The notes under the pieces were generated by a model, which made no database searches, was not told the DNA's origin, and was given only the letters and a program-made list of their open reading frames with translations. The position numbers were made by a program, and so were the translations under genes. From NCBI GenBank assembly GCA_040754655.1, contig JBFMCE010000054.1, forward strand, positions 1 to 29,068: a stretch of 29,068 nt of DNA, in the 5' to 3' direction. The first letter of the stretch is position 1. Every line of letters starts with the position of its first letter. Below are positions 16,371 through 25,074 of this stretch, in pieces. Source of the stretch: Bdellovibrionota bacterium (lineage in GTDB: Bacteria > Bdellovibrionota > UBA1018 > UBA923).

Positions 16371-16880
16371 TCAAATCCCTGAAGAGATCTCAAGACCCGA
16401 TAAAGATTGCTCTAGTTCGACTCTGAGCCGGTTCCATTTCGGATCGCGTTCTCTGCGCAGAGCCTTCAAAGCCCAGTACTGGGCTTCAGGCTTGTGTTTT
16501 AAGCTTTTCCAGAGCGTTTGAACAGGCTTTGATCGCCAAGCGGCGCGCTTTTCGTCAACAAGAGACCTAAACCTCGCCAACTTCTCAAGCGAGGATCCTT
16601 TCTGGCAGCCCGCACCGCAAGCGCACAAAAGCTCGGATTCTTGCTTTGCCTCGGAAAGAAGCTTTCGCACATCTTCGCAGCGCGAGGTCAGAAAGAAGAT
16701 CTCGGCAAGCCTCAGGCGTTCCGCTTGGGAAAGACTCTTTTCTCTTCTAGCTCTGTCCAGCCGGATCAGTTCCTTTTGAAGTGAGGACTCATGAGACCCC
16801 GCCGCAACCACGTACGGGATGGTCAAAGAGAGATAAACGCAAACAAAGACAAAACCCAGCAGTAAACTCTTCAACGCCAA
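16371..16880 (-). CDS. Hypothetical exported/membrane-anchored helical protein
   Basis: Hydrophobic N-terminus; overlaps the sppA stop by 10 nt; CACGAGC motif. Confidence 0.7.
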   Translation of the reverse strand: MALKSLLLGFVFVCVYLSLTIPYVVAAGSHESSLQKELIRLDRARREKSLSQAERLRLAEIFFLTSRCEDVRKLLSEAKQESELLCACGAGCQKGSSLEKLARFRSLVDEKRAAWRSKPVQTLWKSLKHKPEAQYWALKALRRERDPKWNRLRVELEQSLSGLEISSGI

Positions 16881-17872
16881 CTTCCAGTCATCAAAAACAA
16901 GGGTCCGATGAGTTCAGGTTGCGACACGGCTTGCGCCCCCACTCCAGCTTCCTCACCTAGGGCCGAGACAAACGTTCCGATCATCATTCGCGCAAGAACG
17001 CCTACCAACCTCGAAGACGACGACCCAGACTCTGCATCATCGTCAAAGTCACCCAGAATACGCTCAAGCGCATGGCGCTTTCTTTCTGCATAAACAAGAT
17101 TGGGTTTTCCGCTGATGCCTGCCTCTTTGGCCAATGCCTCTACTGCGTCATTCATGCCGCCCAATTCATCAATAAGCTTGGCCGCCTTGGCTTGCTCTCC
17201 CGAGAAGATCCGCCCATCCGAAAGCTCGACCACTTTCTCCATGGTTAAATTGCGTCCAGAAGCAACAGCGCGACGAAACTGGCCCAAAACATTGTCAGCC
17301 ATTCCCTGCAAAAGCTCTTTTTCCTCAATGCTCATCTCGCGACTTGGGGAGCCGACATCTTTGTATCGACCCGTTTTGATATTGTAGGGATTGATCTTCG
17401 CCCAACTATAGAGCTTTGAAAGATCCGCAAACTGCATGATCACCCCGATGCTGCCGGTAATCGTTCCTGGGCTTGCGTAGATCTTCTTTGTTCCACAAGC
17501 GACATAATACCCTCCGCTTGCCGCGACACTCGACATCGATGAATAAACAGCCTTCTTGGAGGAAAGTTTCTTTAATGCCTCATAGATCTCTTGAGACGGA
17601 GCGACCGCGCCTCCGGGAGAATTGATTCTCACCAGCACTGCACGGATGAGTGGATCTTCTTCAAAGGTCTCAATCTGCTCTAAAGTTTTTTTCGAATCGT
17701 AAATTACGCCCTTGAGTTCAATGACTCCGATATTGTTCGTTTTGGTGAATAACTTTTGATGCGGCTTTCCCGCTGTTAGGCTGAAGACCGTTCCAATGGA
17801 AACGGCCACGAACACAACAAAGAAAAATGCGGATAAACCAAGCACGACAAAGAGAGGGTTACGTTTTGACAT
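16871..17872 (-). CDS. sppA: Signal peptide peptidase SppA (S49, short form)
   Basis: RINSPGG, AASGGYY, TITGSIGV, GRYKD, DGRIFSG. Start set at ATG 17872; the ORF-track start 17908 is a TTG within the LOG stop. Confidence 0.93.
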   Translation of the reverse strand: MSKRNPLFVVLGLSAFFFVVFVAVSIGTVFSLTAGKPHQKLFTKTNNIGVIELKGVIYDSKKTLEQIETFEEDPLIRAVLVRINSPGGAVAPSQEIYEALKKLSSKKAVYSSMSSVAASGGYYVACGTKKIYASPGTITGSIGVIMQFADLSKLYSWAKINPYNIKTGRYKDVGSPSREMSIEEKELLQGMADNVLGQFRRAVASGRNLTMEKVVELSDGRIFSGEQAKAAKLIDELGGMNDAVEALAKEAGISGKPNLVYAERKRHALERILGDFDDDAESGSSSSRLVGVLARMMIGTFVSALGEEAGVGAQAVSQPELIGPLFLMTGSWR

Positions 17873-17904
17873 AGATTTAAGATAGCTTTCTTTTGATGCA
17901 ATGG

Positions 17905-18459
17905 TCAACGGGTGCTCAAGAGCTTTAACAGGCTATCCATATCCTTTGCCACACTGAATAGCGCTCGATGCTCAGGTTTAATGAACCCGCGCTCAGCCGC
18001 CTGATCGACGAAGGTCAGTAAAGGAGTGAAAAAACCGTTGAGATCAAAGCAAATGAGAGGTTTTTTGTGCAAGCCGATCTGTTTCCAAGTAAGTATCTCA
18101 AAGGTCTCATCTAGAGTTCCGAACCCCCCGGGAAAGGTGATGAACGCATCTGATAGGTCATACATCATCTTCTTGCGCTCGTGCATCGTGGTAACGCGAT
18201 GCAACTCGGTCAAACCATGGTGAGCGACTTCACGTTCAAAAAGGGCCTGCGGGATGACACCAGTGACCCGTCCACCAGCCTCAAGAGCGGTGTCAGCAAT
18301 CACACCCATAATCCCCACGCTCGCTCCTCCGTAAACGATCCCCCACCCTTGATCGACAAGACTTCGTGCAAGTTGACGGGCAGATTCGACATAAATGGGA
18401 TCATTGCCAAAGTTCCCACCACAAAATATGCAGACGTTACGCTCTTGCTGCCGGGTCAC
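17905..18459 (-). CDS. LOG family (TIGR00730-type) nucleotide phosphoribohydrolase
   Basis: IVYGG, GIMG, MHERK, PGGFGTLDE; GTG start with SD AAGGAG. Confidence 0.92.
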   Translation of the reverse strand: MTRQQERNVCIFCGGNFGNDPIYVESARQLARSLVDQGWGIVYGGASVGIMGVIADTALEAGGRVTGVIPQALFEREVAHHGLTELHRVTTMHERKKMMYDLSDAFITFPGGFGTLDETFEILTWKQIGLHKKPLICFDLNGFFTPLLTFVDQAAERGFIKPEHRALFSVAKDMDSLLKLLSTR

Positions 18460-18544
18460 ACGGATTCTCCTTAGCGTGTGAAAAACTAAACCCGCGGCTA
18501 ATCGTATGGAGGTCTAATTTTCCACGGGCTCTTAACTAAAAGTC

Positions 18545-18579
18545 AAAAAGGCGGCGCCCCCAAGGAGCTACCGCCTTTT
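18545..18579 (-). terminator. Rho-independent terminator after rpsA (possibly bidirectional)
   Basis: AAAAGGCGG...CCGCCTTTT inverted repeat 45 nt past the rpsA stop; U5 follows on the minus strand. Confidence 0.8.
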
Positions 18580-18623
18580 ATGAATTCTAAACCAACATTC
18601 TCTATTAATGTTAGCGTAGAGCG

Positions 18624-20468
18624 TTATTCGTTGTTCTCTTCGTCACCTTTATTCAAGATGCCTTTGAGTTGAGCGCCCAAGACGTCTCCGAGAGAAGTTT
18701 TCTTATCTCTTTGACCGACATAGCTCTCATAATCACGACGCTCTTCAGTGTGTTTGAGTTTCTTCATCGAAAGCCCGATGCGTCGTTCTTTGGTATCGAG
18801 TGAAATCACTTCAGCTCGCACCACGTCACCGACCTTCACCACTTCCGAAGGCTTCTCAACACGTTGGTCTGAAAGCTCGCTCACATAGACCAAGCCCTCA
18901 ATGCCTTCTTCGAGCTCAACGAAAGCACCGAAGTCAGTAACCTTAGTGATCTTGCCTTCGATAGCTTCGCCCACTCGATACTTGTTCTTGGCAGTTTCCC
19001 AAGGGTCCTTCTCGAGTTGCTTGATGCCGAGGCTGAATTTTTCAGTCTCTTTATCAATGGAAAGCACCATGGCTTTGAGTTTATCGCCCTTCTTGAAACG
19101 CTCGCTTGGATGGGCAAGCTTCTTGTTCCAAGAAATGTCAGAAACGTGAACGAGACCGTCAATCCCTTCTCCAATATCTACGAAGATACCGAAGTCAGTA
19201 ACCGACTTCACTTCACCTTCGATGATCTTGCCTGAAGGATACTTCTCTTCGAGCGCGCTCCACGGATTTGCTTGAAGCTGTTTCAAGCCGAGGCTAAGAC
19301 GCTTGTTCTTCGCATCGATCTCGAGGACTTGGCACTCTACTTCGTCTCCCACGTTAAGCACTTTTGAAGGATGCTTCACATCACGACGCCAGCTCATTTC
19401 ACTGACATGGATCAAGCCTTCGATGCCTTCAGAAAGCTCGACAAAGGCACCATAGTCTTTGATTGAAACCACTTTGCCCTTAACGCGATCACCAATGTTG
19501 ATCTTGCTCGCAAGCTCTTCCCACGGATTGGGGGATACTTGTTTCAAGCCAAGGCTGATGCGTTCCTTCTCGCGGTCATACTTCAGGACTTTCACTTTGA
19601 TTTCATCACCAACGCTGAAAAGCTCGCTCGGGTGCTTCACGCGTCCCCAGCTCATGTCAGTAATGTGCAGAAGCCCATCCATTCCACCCAAGTCGATGAA
19701 AGCCCCGTATTCAGTGATGTTCTTCACTGTTCCAGTGATGATTTGGTCTTCTTGCAGAGTGGAAAGAGTTTCAGCTCGTTGACGTTCTTTCTCCTGAGCG
19801 ATGATAGCCCGGCGAGAAAGCACGATGTTTCCGCGTTTCTTATTGAACTTGATGATCTTGAACTTGAATTTCTTTCCGAGATACTTGTCGAGATTTTTGA
19901 CTGGTTTCACGTCGATCTGCGAACCAGGCAAGAATGCTTTCACGCCGATATCAACGCTTAACCCGCCCTTCACTTTCGCAATGACGGTACCTTCAACCAG
20001 TTGATCTTTCTCACAAGCCTGGCTGATTTCATCCCATGCTTTGATGATCTCAGCTTTGTCCTTGGAAAGCTGCATGAAGCCAGTATCACTCTCGATGCGT
20101 TCGAGATAAACACTCAGGGCATCACTGACCTTCACGTCAACCGTTCCATCAGGTCTGCGGAACTCTTCAATCGGAACAAGGCCTTCGCACTTATATCCGA
20201 TATCTACCGTGACATAGTCTGGGCCGATGTTTACGACAACACCGTCAACCACTTCTCCTTCTCGAACATCGCTCTGTGTGAGGCTTTGTTCATAAAGCTC
20301 AGCAAAAGAGTGGCCATCTTCCGTATACTGTCCGTTCTTCTTATCATCATCAGATCCTGTACCAGCATCGAACTCATCCATCCAGCTGGTGGGATCTTTT
20401 ACTCCAGCTCCGGAAGCTTGTGAGCGCTTTTTTTGAGTAGCGCTTGTGTCAGTGTTTTCAAATGCCAT
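18624..20468 (-). CDS. rpsA: 30S ribosomal protein S1
   Basis: Six S1 repeats (VDIGYKCEG, AFLPGSQID, YGAFIDLGGMDGLLHITDMSW, EGLIHVSEMSW, DGLVHVSDISW, EGLVYVSEL). Confidence 0.98.
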   Translation of the reverse strand: MAFENTDTSATQKKRSQASGAGVKDPTSWMDEFDAGTGSDDDKKNGQYTEDGHSFAELYEQSLTQSDVREGEVVDGVVVNIGPDYVTVDIGYKCEGLVPIEEFRRPDGTVDVKVSDALSVYLERIESDTGFMQLSKDKAEIIKAWDEISQACEKDQLVEGTVIAKVKGGLSVDIGVKAFLPGSQIDVKPVKNLDKYLGKKFKFKIIKFNKKRGNIVLSRRAIIAQEKERQRAETLSTLQEDQIITGTVKNITEYGAFIDLGGMDGLLHITDMSWGRVKHPSELFSVGDEIKVKVLKYDREKERISLGLKQVSPNPWEELASKINIGDRVKGKVVSIKDYGAFVELSEGIEGLIHVSEMSWRRDVKHPSKVLNVGDEVECQVLEIDAKNKRLSLGLKQLQANPWSALEEKYPSGKIIEGEVKSVTDFGIFVDIGEGIDGLVHVSDISWNKKLAHPSERFKKGDKLKAMVLSIDKETEKFSLGIKQLEKDPWETAKNKYRVGEAIEGKITKVTDFGAFVELEEGIEGLVYVSELSDQRVEKPSEVVKVGDVVRAEVISLDTKERRIGLSMKKLKHTEERRDYESYVGQRDKKTSLGDVLGAQLKGILNKGDEENNE

Positions 20469-20518
20469 AAATCATCGAAACCCCTTTCATAGGTATTTTT
20501 CTTTAATTGAGAAAACCG

Positions 20519-20547
20519 TTTATATATTGCAAAAATCGGGAAATCAA
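20519..20547 (-). promoter_or_regulatory. Sigma70 promoter candidate for rpsA
   Basis: TTGATT (20547-20542), 17-nt spacer, TATAAA (20524-20519). Confidence 0.5.
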
Positions 20548-20560
20548 AGGGAAATCAGCA

Positions 20561-21757
20561 TTATTTCGAGTGCTGACTGCGTTCTCGACGCGCAAAACGG
20601 CGCTTAATACATCTTTCATAAAGATCGAGAGTTCGTAGAAATCGGGTGCGCTTGTCAAAATGCTTCAACACGTGAAGACGGCCATTAGAGCCCATCGAGA
20701 GACGCTGGCTCGGATTCTCTAATAAATTCAATATCTTCGTCTGTAAATCAAAGGCATCTTCGGGCCTCACAAGAAGCCCAAATTGTTTGTAACCAACGAT
20801 ATCTTCGGCGCCGACGACGTTTGAAAGTACAACCGGTCTCTCCATAGCAAGAGCCTCGAGAGCTCCCAACCCTGGCACCTCTTCACGTCCGGGCATCACG
20901 AAAATATCGAATGCCGACATCACATCAGGAAGATTATCGCCCAAGGCGCTGAAAGTGACGACGTCATCGATGTGAAACAACTTCACAAGCTCTTTGAGAT
21001 GCTCGACATATTGTTCTGAAGCCACAAGAGGTTCTTCCCCGACAATGACAAATCGCATCTTCCACTCTTGATGTTTGAGCAGGCCGGCGGCTGCTTTAAG
21101 AAAGGTGTCTTGCCCTACTTCTGGCACAAGACGGCCGACCGAGCCAATGAGCACCGTATCTCTATCCGCTCCCCAAGCCGTCCTTAAACTGAGGCCTGCC
21201 GCCCGACTCGGATCAAACCGAGAGAAGTCGAGCCCCAGATTGATTACCCTGACCTTCTTATCAGGAATAATGCGTTTGGCGAGGACGCTAGCCTTCACGC
21301 TCTCACTCAACACGATCATGTAATCCAGACGTCGCAGGAAAAACGCGCGGACCACATCTTTAAAGAGGTTTCGCTCTTCAAGCATATGGCGGTTTGCGAT
21401 CACTGAGATTCCTGAACGTCGCACGAGAGCCGGCACTAAGTACCAAAGCAAGCGTTCATCGTTGATATGAACAATATTGGCTTTTGATTCAAGTATGGCT
21501 GCTCGAAGAGCACGCACGAAATTCCAGTCAAACCGGCTTCTCGCATAATGCGGAAATGGATGGATCTTTATATTGGGATGGCGCAAAGCCGCGGCATGCA
21601 CAGGGCTTCCCTCTAAGCAAAGCAAAGTGATGGAAATCCCGCTATGCACAAGATCGACCATGTCGGACATGGCGACTTGCTCTGGCCCCCCCCAACGCGA
21701 AGAGAACAGAATCCACAGAGGCCTTAGTTTATCTTTGATCGAGCTCTTGCCCGTCAT
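20561..21757 (-). CDS. Glycosyltransferase family 4 (GT-B)
   Basis: WGGPEQ, GSVGRL, FDIFVMPGREEVPGLGALEAL (EX7E); ATGA overlap with the upstream GT9. Confidence 0.9.
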   Translation of the reverse strand: MTGKSSIKDKLRPLWILFSSRWGGPEQVAMSDMVDLVHSGISITLLCLEGSPVHAAALRHPNIKIHPFPHYARSRFDWNFVRALRAAILESKANIVHINDERLLWYLVPALVRRSGISVIANRHMLEERNLFKDVVRAFFLRRLDYMIVLSESVKASVLAKRIIPDKKVRVINLGLDFSRFDPSRAAGLSLRTAWGADRDTVLIGSVGRLVPEVGQDTFLKAAAGLLKHQEWKMRFVIVGEEPLVASEQYVEHLKELVKLFHIDDVVTFSALGDNLPDVMSAFDIFVMPGREEVPGLGALEALAMERPVVLSNVVGAEDIVGYKQFGLLVRPEDAFDLQTKILNLLENPSQRLSMGSNGRLHVLKHFDKRTRFLRTLDLYERCIKRRFARRERSQHSK

Positions 21758-22782
21758 ACCAGGAAACTCTCCGCTGCTTTCATCACATCTTCAACCTGGA
21801 TTTCGTCCATACAGCGAAAATGTCGCTTTGGACATCGAGTTGGTCCGTGGATATGACAAGGCCGGCATGACAGATTGTGCCGTTCAACCACAACGGATTT
21901 AGTTGCGAGCGGGAAAAAACCCCATTTGCGAACGGTGGGACCAAAGATTGCGACCGTTGGAACATCAAAAGCAGAGGCGACGTGCACCGGCGCGGAGTCG
22001 TTGCTGATCAAAAGAGCGGCTCCCCGAATTACCGCCTTGAGCTGACCCAAGGTGGTCTTGCCCACGAGGTTGAGGACCCGTCCTCCAGAGCGAGACACTT
22101 TTTCCGAAATGGCGTCGGCGACGATCGCCTCCTGGGTTCCTTGAGATCCGATAAGAACGATCGTGGCGCCGTGCTCTTTGGCAAGACTTTGAGCTAGCCT
22201 TGCATAACGGTCAGAAAACCATATCTTCGTCCCCCAAACCGAAAACGGGCTTAAAACGATGTATTTTGAATGAACTTTTCCGAGCACTTCCTGATGAAAC
22301 CAAACCTCATCCGCCGCGGCAATGCACAAGAAGGGCCGTGGAGTCGCGGGCACCTCTCCAAACCTTGAAAGAAGGGCCATTGGTTTGTCGGCGTAATGCG
22401 CGTCTTCTCGGTATTCGGGGTAAGGAACTTGCTCATATCCGAGCAGAGCTGATGCAATCGATCGAAACGCCACTCTCTTTTTTGCCTTGAGTTTTCGACC
22501 GAGCCACAGCGAACGGATCGAACGGTGGACAGCAAAGACGACATCAAACTCGCCGTGGGGCAGAAGAGAGCCTAGAACCTTGGCAATGCTGGCCGAAAAG
22601 CCGAGAGCCTTATTCATGGGATGCAGCCGAACTTGATTCCAACCTGCTAAGACCTCGCAACCAGCGCCTGTGGTTACAAGATGAATCTCAGCATGCGGCC
22701 ATTTCAAGGCCAACGCTCTCAGGAAGGAAGTGGTGAGCACGATATCGCCAATAAAGGCGGTTTGAATTACAAGAATGCGCAT
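21754..22782 (-). CDS. Glycosyltransferase family 9, LPS heptosyltransferase (WaaF-like)
   Basis: QTAFIGDIVL, SVWGTKIW, GKTTL, NDSAPVHVA, IFGPT; C-terminal CRPC...C...C. Confidence 0.9.
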   Translation of the reverse strand: MRILVIQTAFIGDIVLTTSFLRALALKWPHAEIHLVTTGAGCEVLAGWNQVRLHPMNKALGFSASIAKVLGSLLPHGEFDVVFAVHRSIRSLWLGRKLKAKKRVAFRSIASALLGYEQVPYPEYREDAHYADKPMALLSRFGEVPATPRPFLCIAAADEVWFHQEVLGKVHSKYIVLSPFSVWGTKIWFSDRYARLAQSLAKEHGATIVLIGSQGTQEAIVADAISEKVSRSGGRVLNLVGKTTLGQLKAVIRGAALLISNDSAPVHVASAFDVPTVAIFGPTVRKWGFFPLATKSVVVERHNLSCRPCHIHGPTRCPKRHFRCMDEIQVEDVMKAAESFLV

Positions 22783-22788
22783 GACTCA

Positions 22789-23967
22789 TTACTTTTTATT
22801 TGAGTCTTCCTTAGATTGCATCAACAACTGTCGAAACCAGGTGCGAGGCTTCCCTTTTGATGTGGCATCCTTGCCGCCGACCGCCGACACCGTCGGCTCA
22901 TCCATGGGTTTTACTTCTTCGAGCTTGCTTTCAGATCGGGTGTTTTCAGCGATGCCTGGCTCGATTTTCTTTGCGATGCCGGCGACCCAGCCGATACGCA
23001 CCTTTGCCTCAAAACGCACGGGATACTTTCTTTCGTCGTCTGAAAACCAAATAAAGGCATCGCCCTTTTGCTGCAATACGCCATTGAATCGCGTCTGAAC
23101 CTTTGTTTTCAAGGCCTTCAGGTATCCGATCTTGGTTTGCACTTCTTCTTTCGCCAAGACAGTCAACTCAACTTCGCGCTGATTCCCACCCGTGGTCATA
23201 GGGAAACGAACCGTCTTGCCCACTTGCAGGTCGAAGGTTCGCGCATAATAGAGCGCGCTCAGGGAATCTTGCGAGAACGGAGTCAAATCTTGATAGCCCT
23301 TTTTCTCGTGAACCTCATTCTTCTCAATCCGATTGTCGAGAATATGCACATATTGTTTTTTTGCGCTGTGGTCGAAGAGCTCAAGGTGGTTTCGAATGTG
23401 TTTCGACTCATCACCATGCAGGACGAACTTATACGGGAACCAACCCTCGTAATCGACGTAAGTTTGCACCCAATCTTCAGCTCTATAAATCAGCGCGAAC
23501 AAATCCGACGTTCGCGCAGAACCCTTGATGTCATACACCTTACGCCCGTTCATCAATTTGAATGGCTGAACTTCAAGGACAAACTCGCCAGCCTTGGTTC
23601 CAAGCCACGTCACATCCATCCAAACTTTTTCGCCAACGCGCAAAGGATCGACCAGAGGCCTGCGCAGTGGAATCACGAACCCCGACGCGGCACTTCCGGC
23701 ATCTGGGATGGAGGGACCTTTTACGGTCTTTGTTGAAGCAGACTGAATAGCCTTCTTTTTTTTGTTCTTTCCGGCCTTCTTCTCACCACCAGGCGCTTCC
23801 ACTGCTCTCGCTTGGGTTACCATATTCGGTTTCAATTCTTGCACCTCGAACGCCTTAGCGAGATCGGCCGGCACATTGAGCTCGACGTTTTTCGTCGGCG
23901 CAATCTGGCGTCCCCCGCATCCTCCCAACACCATCCCTGTCAAGATGACCATCCATCGCAATCGCAT
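22789..23967 (-). CDS. DUF3108-like lipoprotein
   Basis: Start at ATG 23967 gives lipobox VLGG-C; GEK...VTWLG..AG, QDSLSALYYAR and WFSDDERKYPVRFEA match remembered DUF3108 patterns. Confidence 0.75.
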   Translation of the reverse strand: MRLRWMVILTGMVLGGCGGRQIAPTKNVELNVPADLAKAFEVQELKPNMVTQARAVEAPGGEKKAGKNKKKKAIQSASTKTVKGPSIPDAGSAASGFVIPLRRPLVDPLRVGEKVWMDVTWLGTKAGEFVLEVQPFKLMNGRKVYDIKGSARTSDLFALIYRAEDWVQTYVDYEGWFPYKFVLHGDESKHIRNHLELFDHSAKKQYVHILDNRIEKNEVHEKKGYQDLTPFSQDSLSALYYARTFDLQVGKTVRFPMTTGGNQREVELTVLAKEEVQTKIGYLKALKTKVQTRFNGVLQQKGDAFIWFSDDERKYPVRFEAKVRIGWVAGIAKKIEPGIAENTRSESKLEEVKPMDEPTVSAVGGKDATSKGKPRTWFRQLLMQSKEDSNKK

Positions 23968-24047
23968 TGTCACGAGTGTATCCAAAGGGTTCTCAAATTT
24001 CCATCAGCTTTCGTCGTAAAGAGCAATAGCCGCTTGAGTTCAGGAAT

Positions 24048-25040
24048 TCATGAATGCTTCGAGGTTGAAAGGGCTTGTGTGACCGTATTCCAAAAATACT
24101 CTTCATTTTCGAGGAAAACGACGCTTGAATCGACCCAGCAAGGCTCAAATCCAGGCACGCCTCCCTGGCTTTCGATAAACGGGTAGAGCTTCACATAGTC
24201 TTTCAAGCTCGTTAGAAGCGCAGCATCAGTTGAGCCCTTTTTCCACTGCACGAGTTTTTTTATGTCTTCGCGGGTGTAGTTTTGATGGTCCGAGAAAGAA
24301 CGAAAATCTTTAACTTCCACCTTCACCTGCTTAAGGCCCTCACGAAATCGATGAGGATTGCCAAGGCCGCAAAAAACAAGCGCGCTTGGCGGAAGCGGCA
24401 TCTTTTTATCGAACGCGTCCACGATTCCATTGACGCGGTATTGCGCTCGAACCCAAGGAGAGCAGCCCTTGCGATGGATTTTCCAACGCTCTGGCACTTC
24501 TGAGAAAGACACCCTGAGCCTGGCCTTATCGAGATGTATCGGAAAATCGCGCAAGACGGGCCAACGGATGCTGAAATCATGTACAAGCACATCGAGGTCC
24601 CTCGCGAGACCGAAATGCTGAAATCCATCATCTAAAAGAACAATATCGGGGTCGATTTCTTCCCAGAATCTTTTCAAAATCGCCGACCTCTTCGCGCCAA
24701 CGACAACCGAGATCCCTGGTATTCGCTTCAACAAGAGATTGGCCTCGTCAGGAAAATGGTGCGCTTGTCCGCTCGCGAAATCATGCGACACTCCACCTGT
24801 TTTTTCCCAAGGGGACCCATAACCCCGTGAAGCTACGACGACTCGCCTTCCTTGCTCGACGAACCTTGATGCAAGAGCTCTGATGATTTCGGTCTTGCCA
24901 ACTCCACCAGCCACGATATTGCCCACTGAAATCACAGGCCGGGGCAGCCGTTCTGCGCGCGATTTCGACAAGACGCGTGCAAACGAGTTGGTCAACGCCC
25001 AAAGAGGGCTCAAGCCGCTGTACAAGAGTTGAATGCCCAT
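24048..25040 (-). CDS. lpxK: Tetraacyldisaccharide 4'-kinase
   Basis: PVISVGNIVAGGVGKT, SRGYG, LLDDGFQH, FCGLGNP, FSDH, KDYVK. Start set at ATG 25040 (TTG 25046 possible). Confidence 0.92.
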   Translation of the reverse strand: MGIQLLYSGLSPLWALTNSFARVLSKSRAERLPRPVISVGNIVAGGVGKTEIIRALASRFVEQGRRVVVASRGYGSPWEKTGGVSHDFASGQAHHFPDEANLLLKRIPGISVVVGAKRSAILKRFWEEIDPDIVLLDDGFQHFGLARDLDVLVHDFSIRWPVLRDFPIHLDKARLRVSFSEVPERWKIHRKGCSPWVRAQYRVNGIVDAFDKKMPLPPSALVFCGLGNPHRFREGLKQVKVEVKDFRSFSDHQNYTREDIKKLVQWKKGSTDAALLTSLKDYVKLYPFIESQGGVPGFEPCWVDSSVVFLENEEYFWNTVTQALSTSKHS

Positions 25041-25074
25041 TTCCAAACAGCCTACCTCATCCTGCCGAAAACGG

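Noticed and set aside
18624..20300. Recurrent similar DNA segments in rpsA (and hexapeptide periodicity in lpxA/lpxD)
   Set aside because: Explained by the known S1 and left-handed beta-helix protein repeats.
23068..23736. 222-aa plus-strand ORF and the other antisense or nested ORFs (e.g. 13197-13820, 2976-3464)
   Set aside because: Shadows of well-supported genes, with no protein-like motifs.
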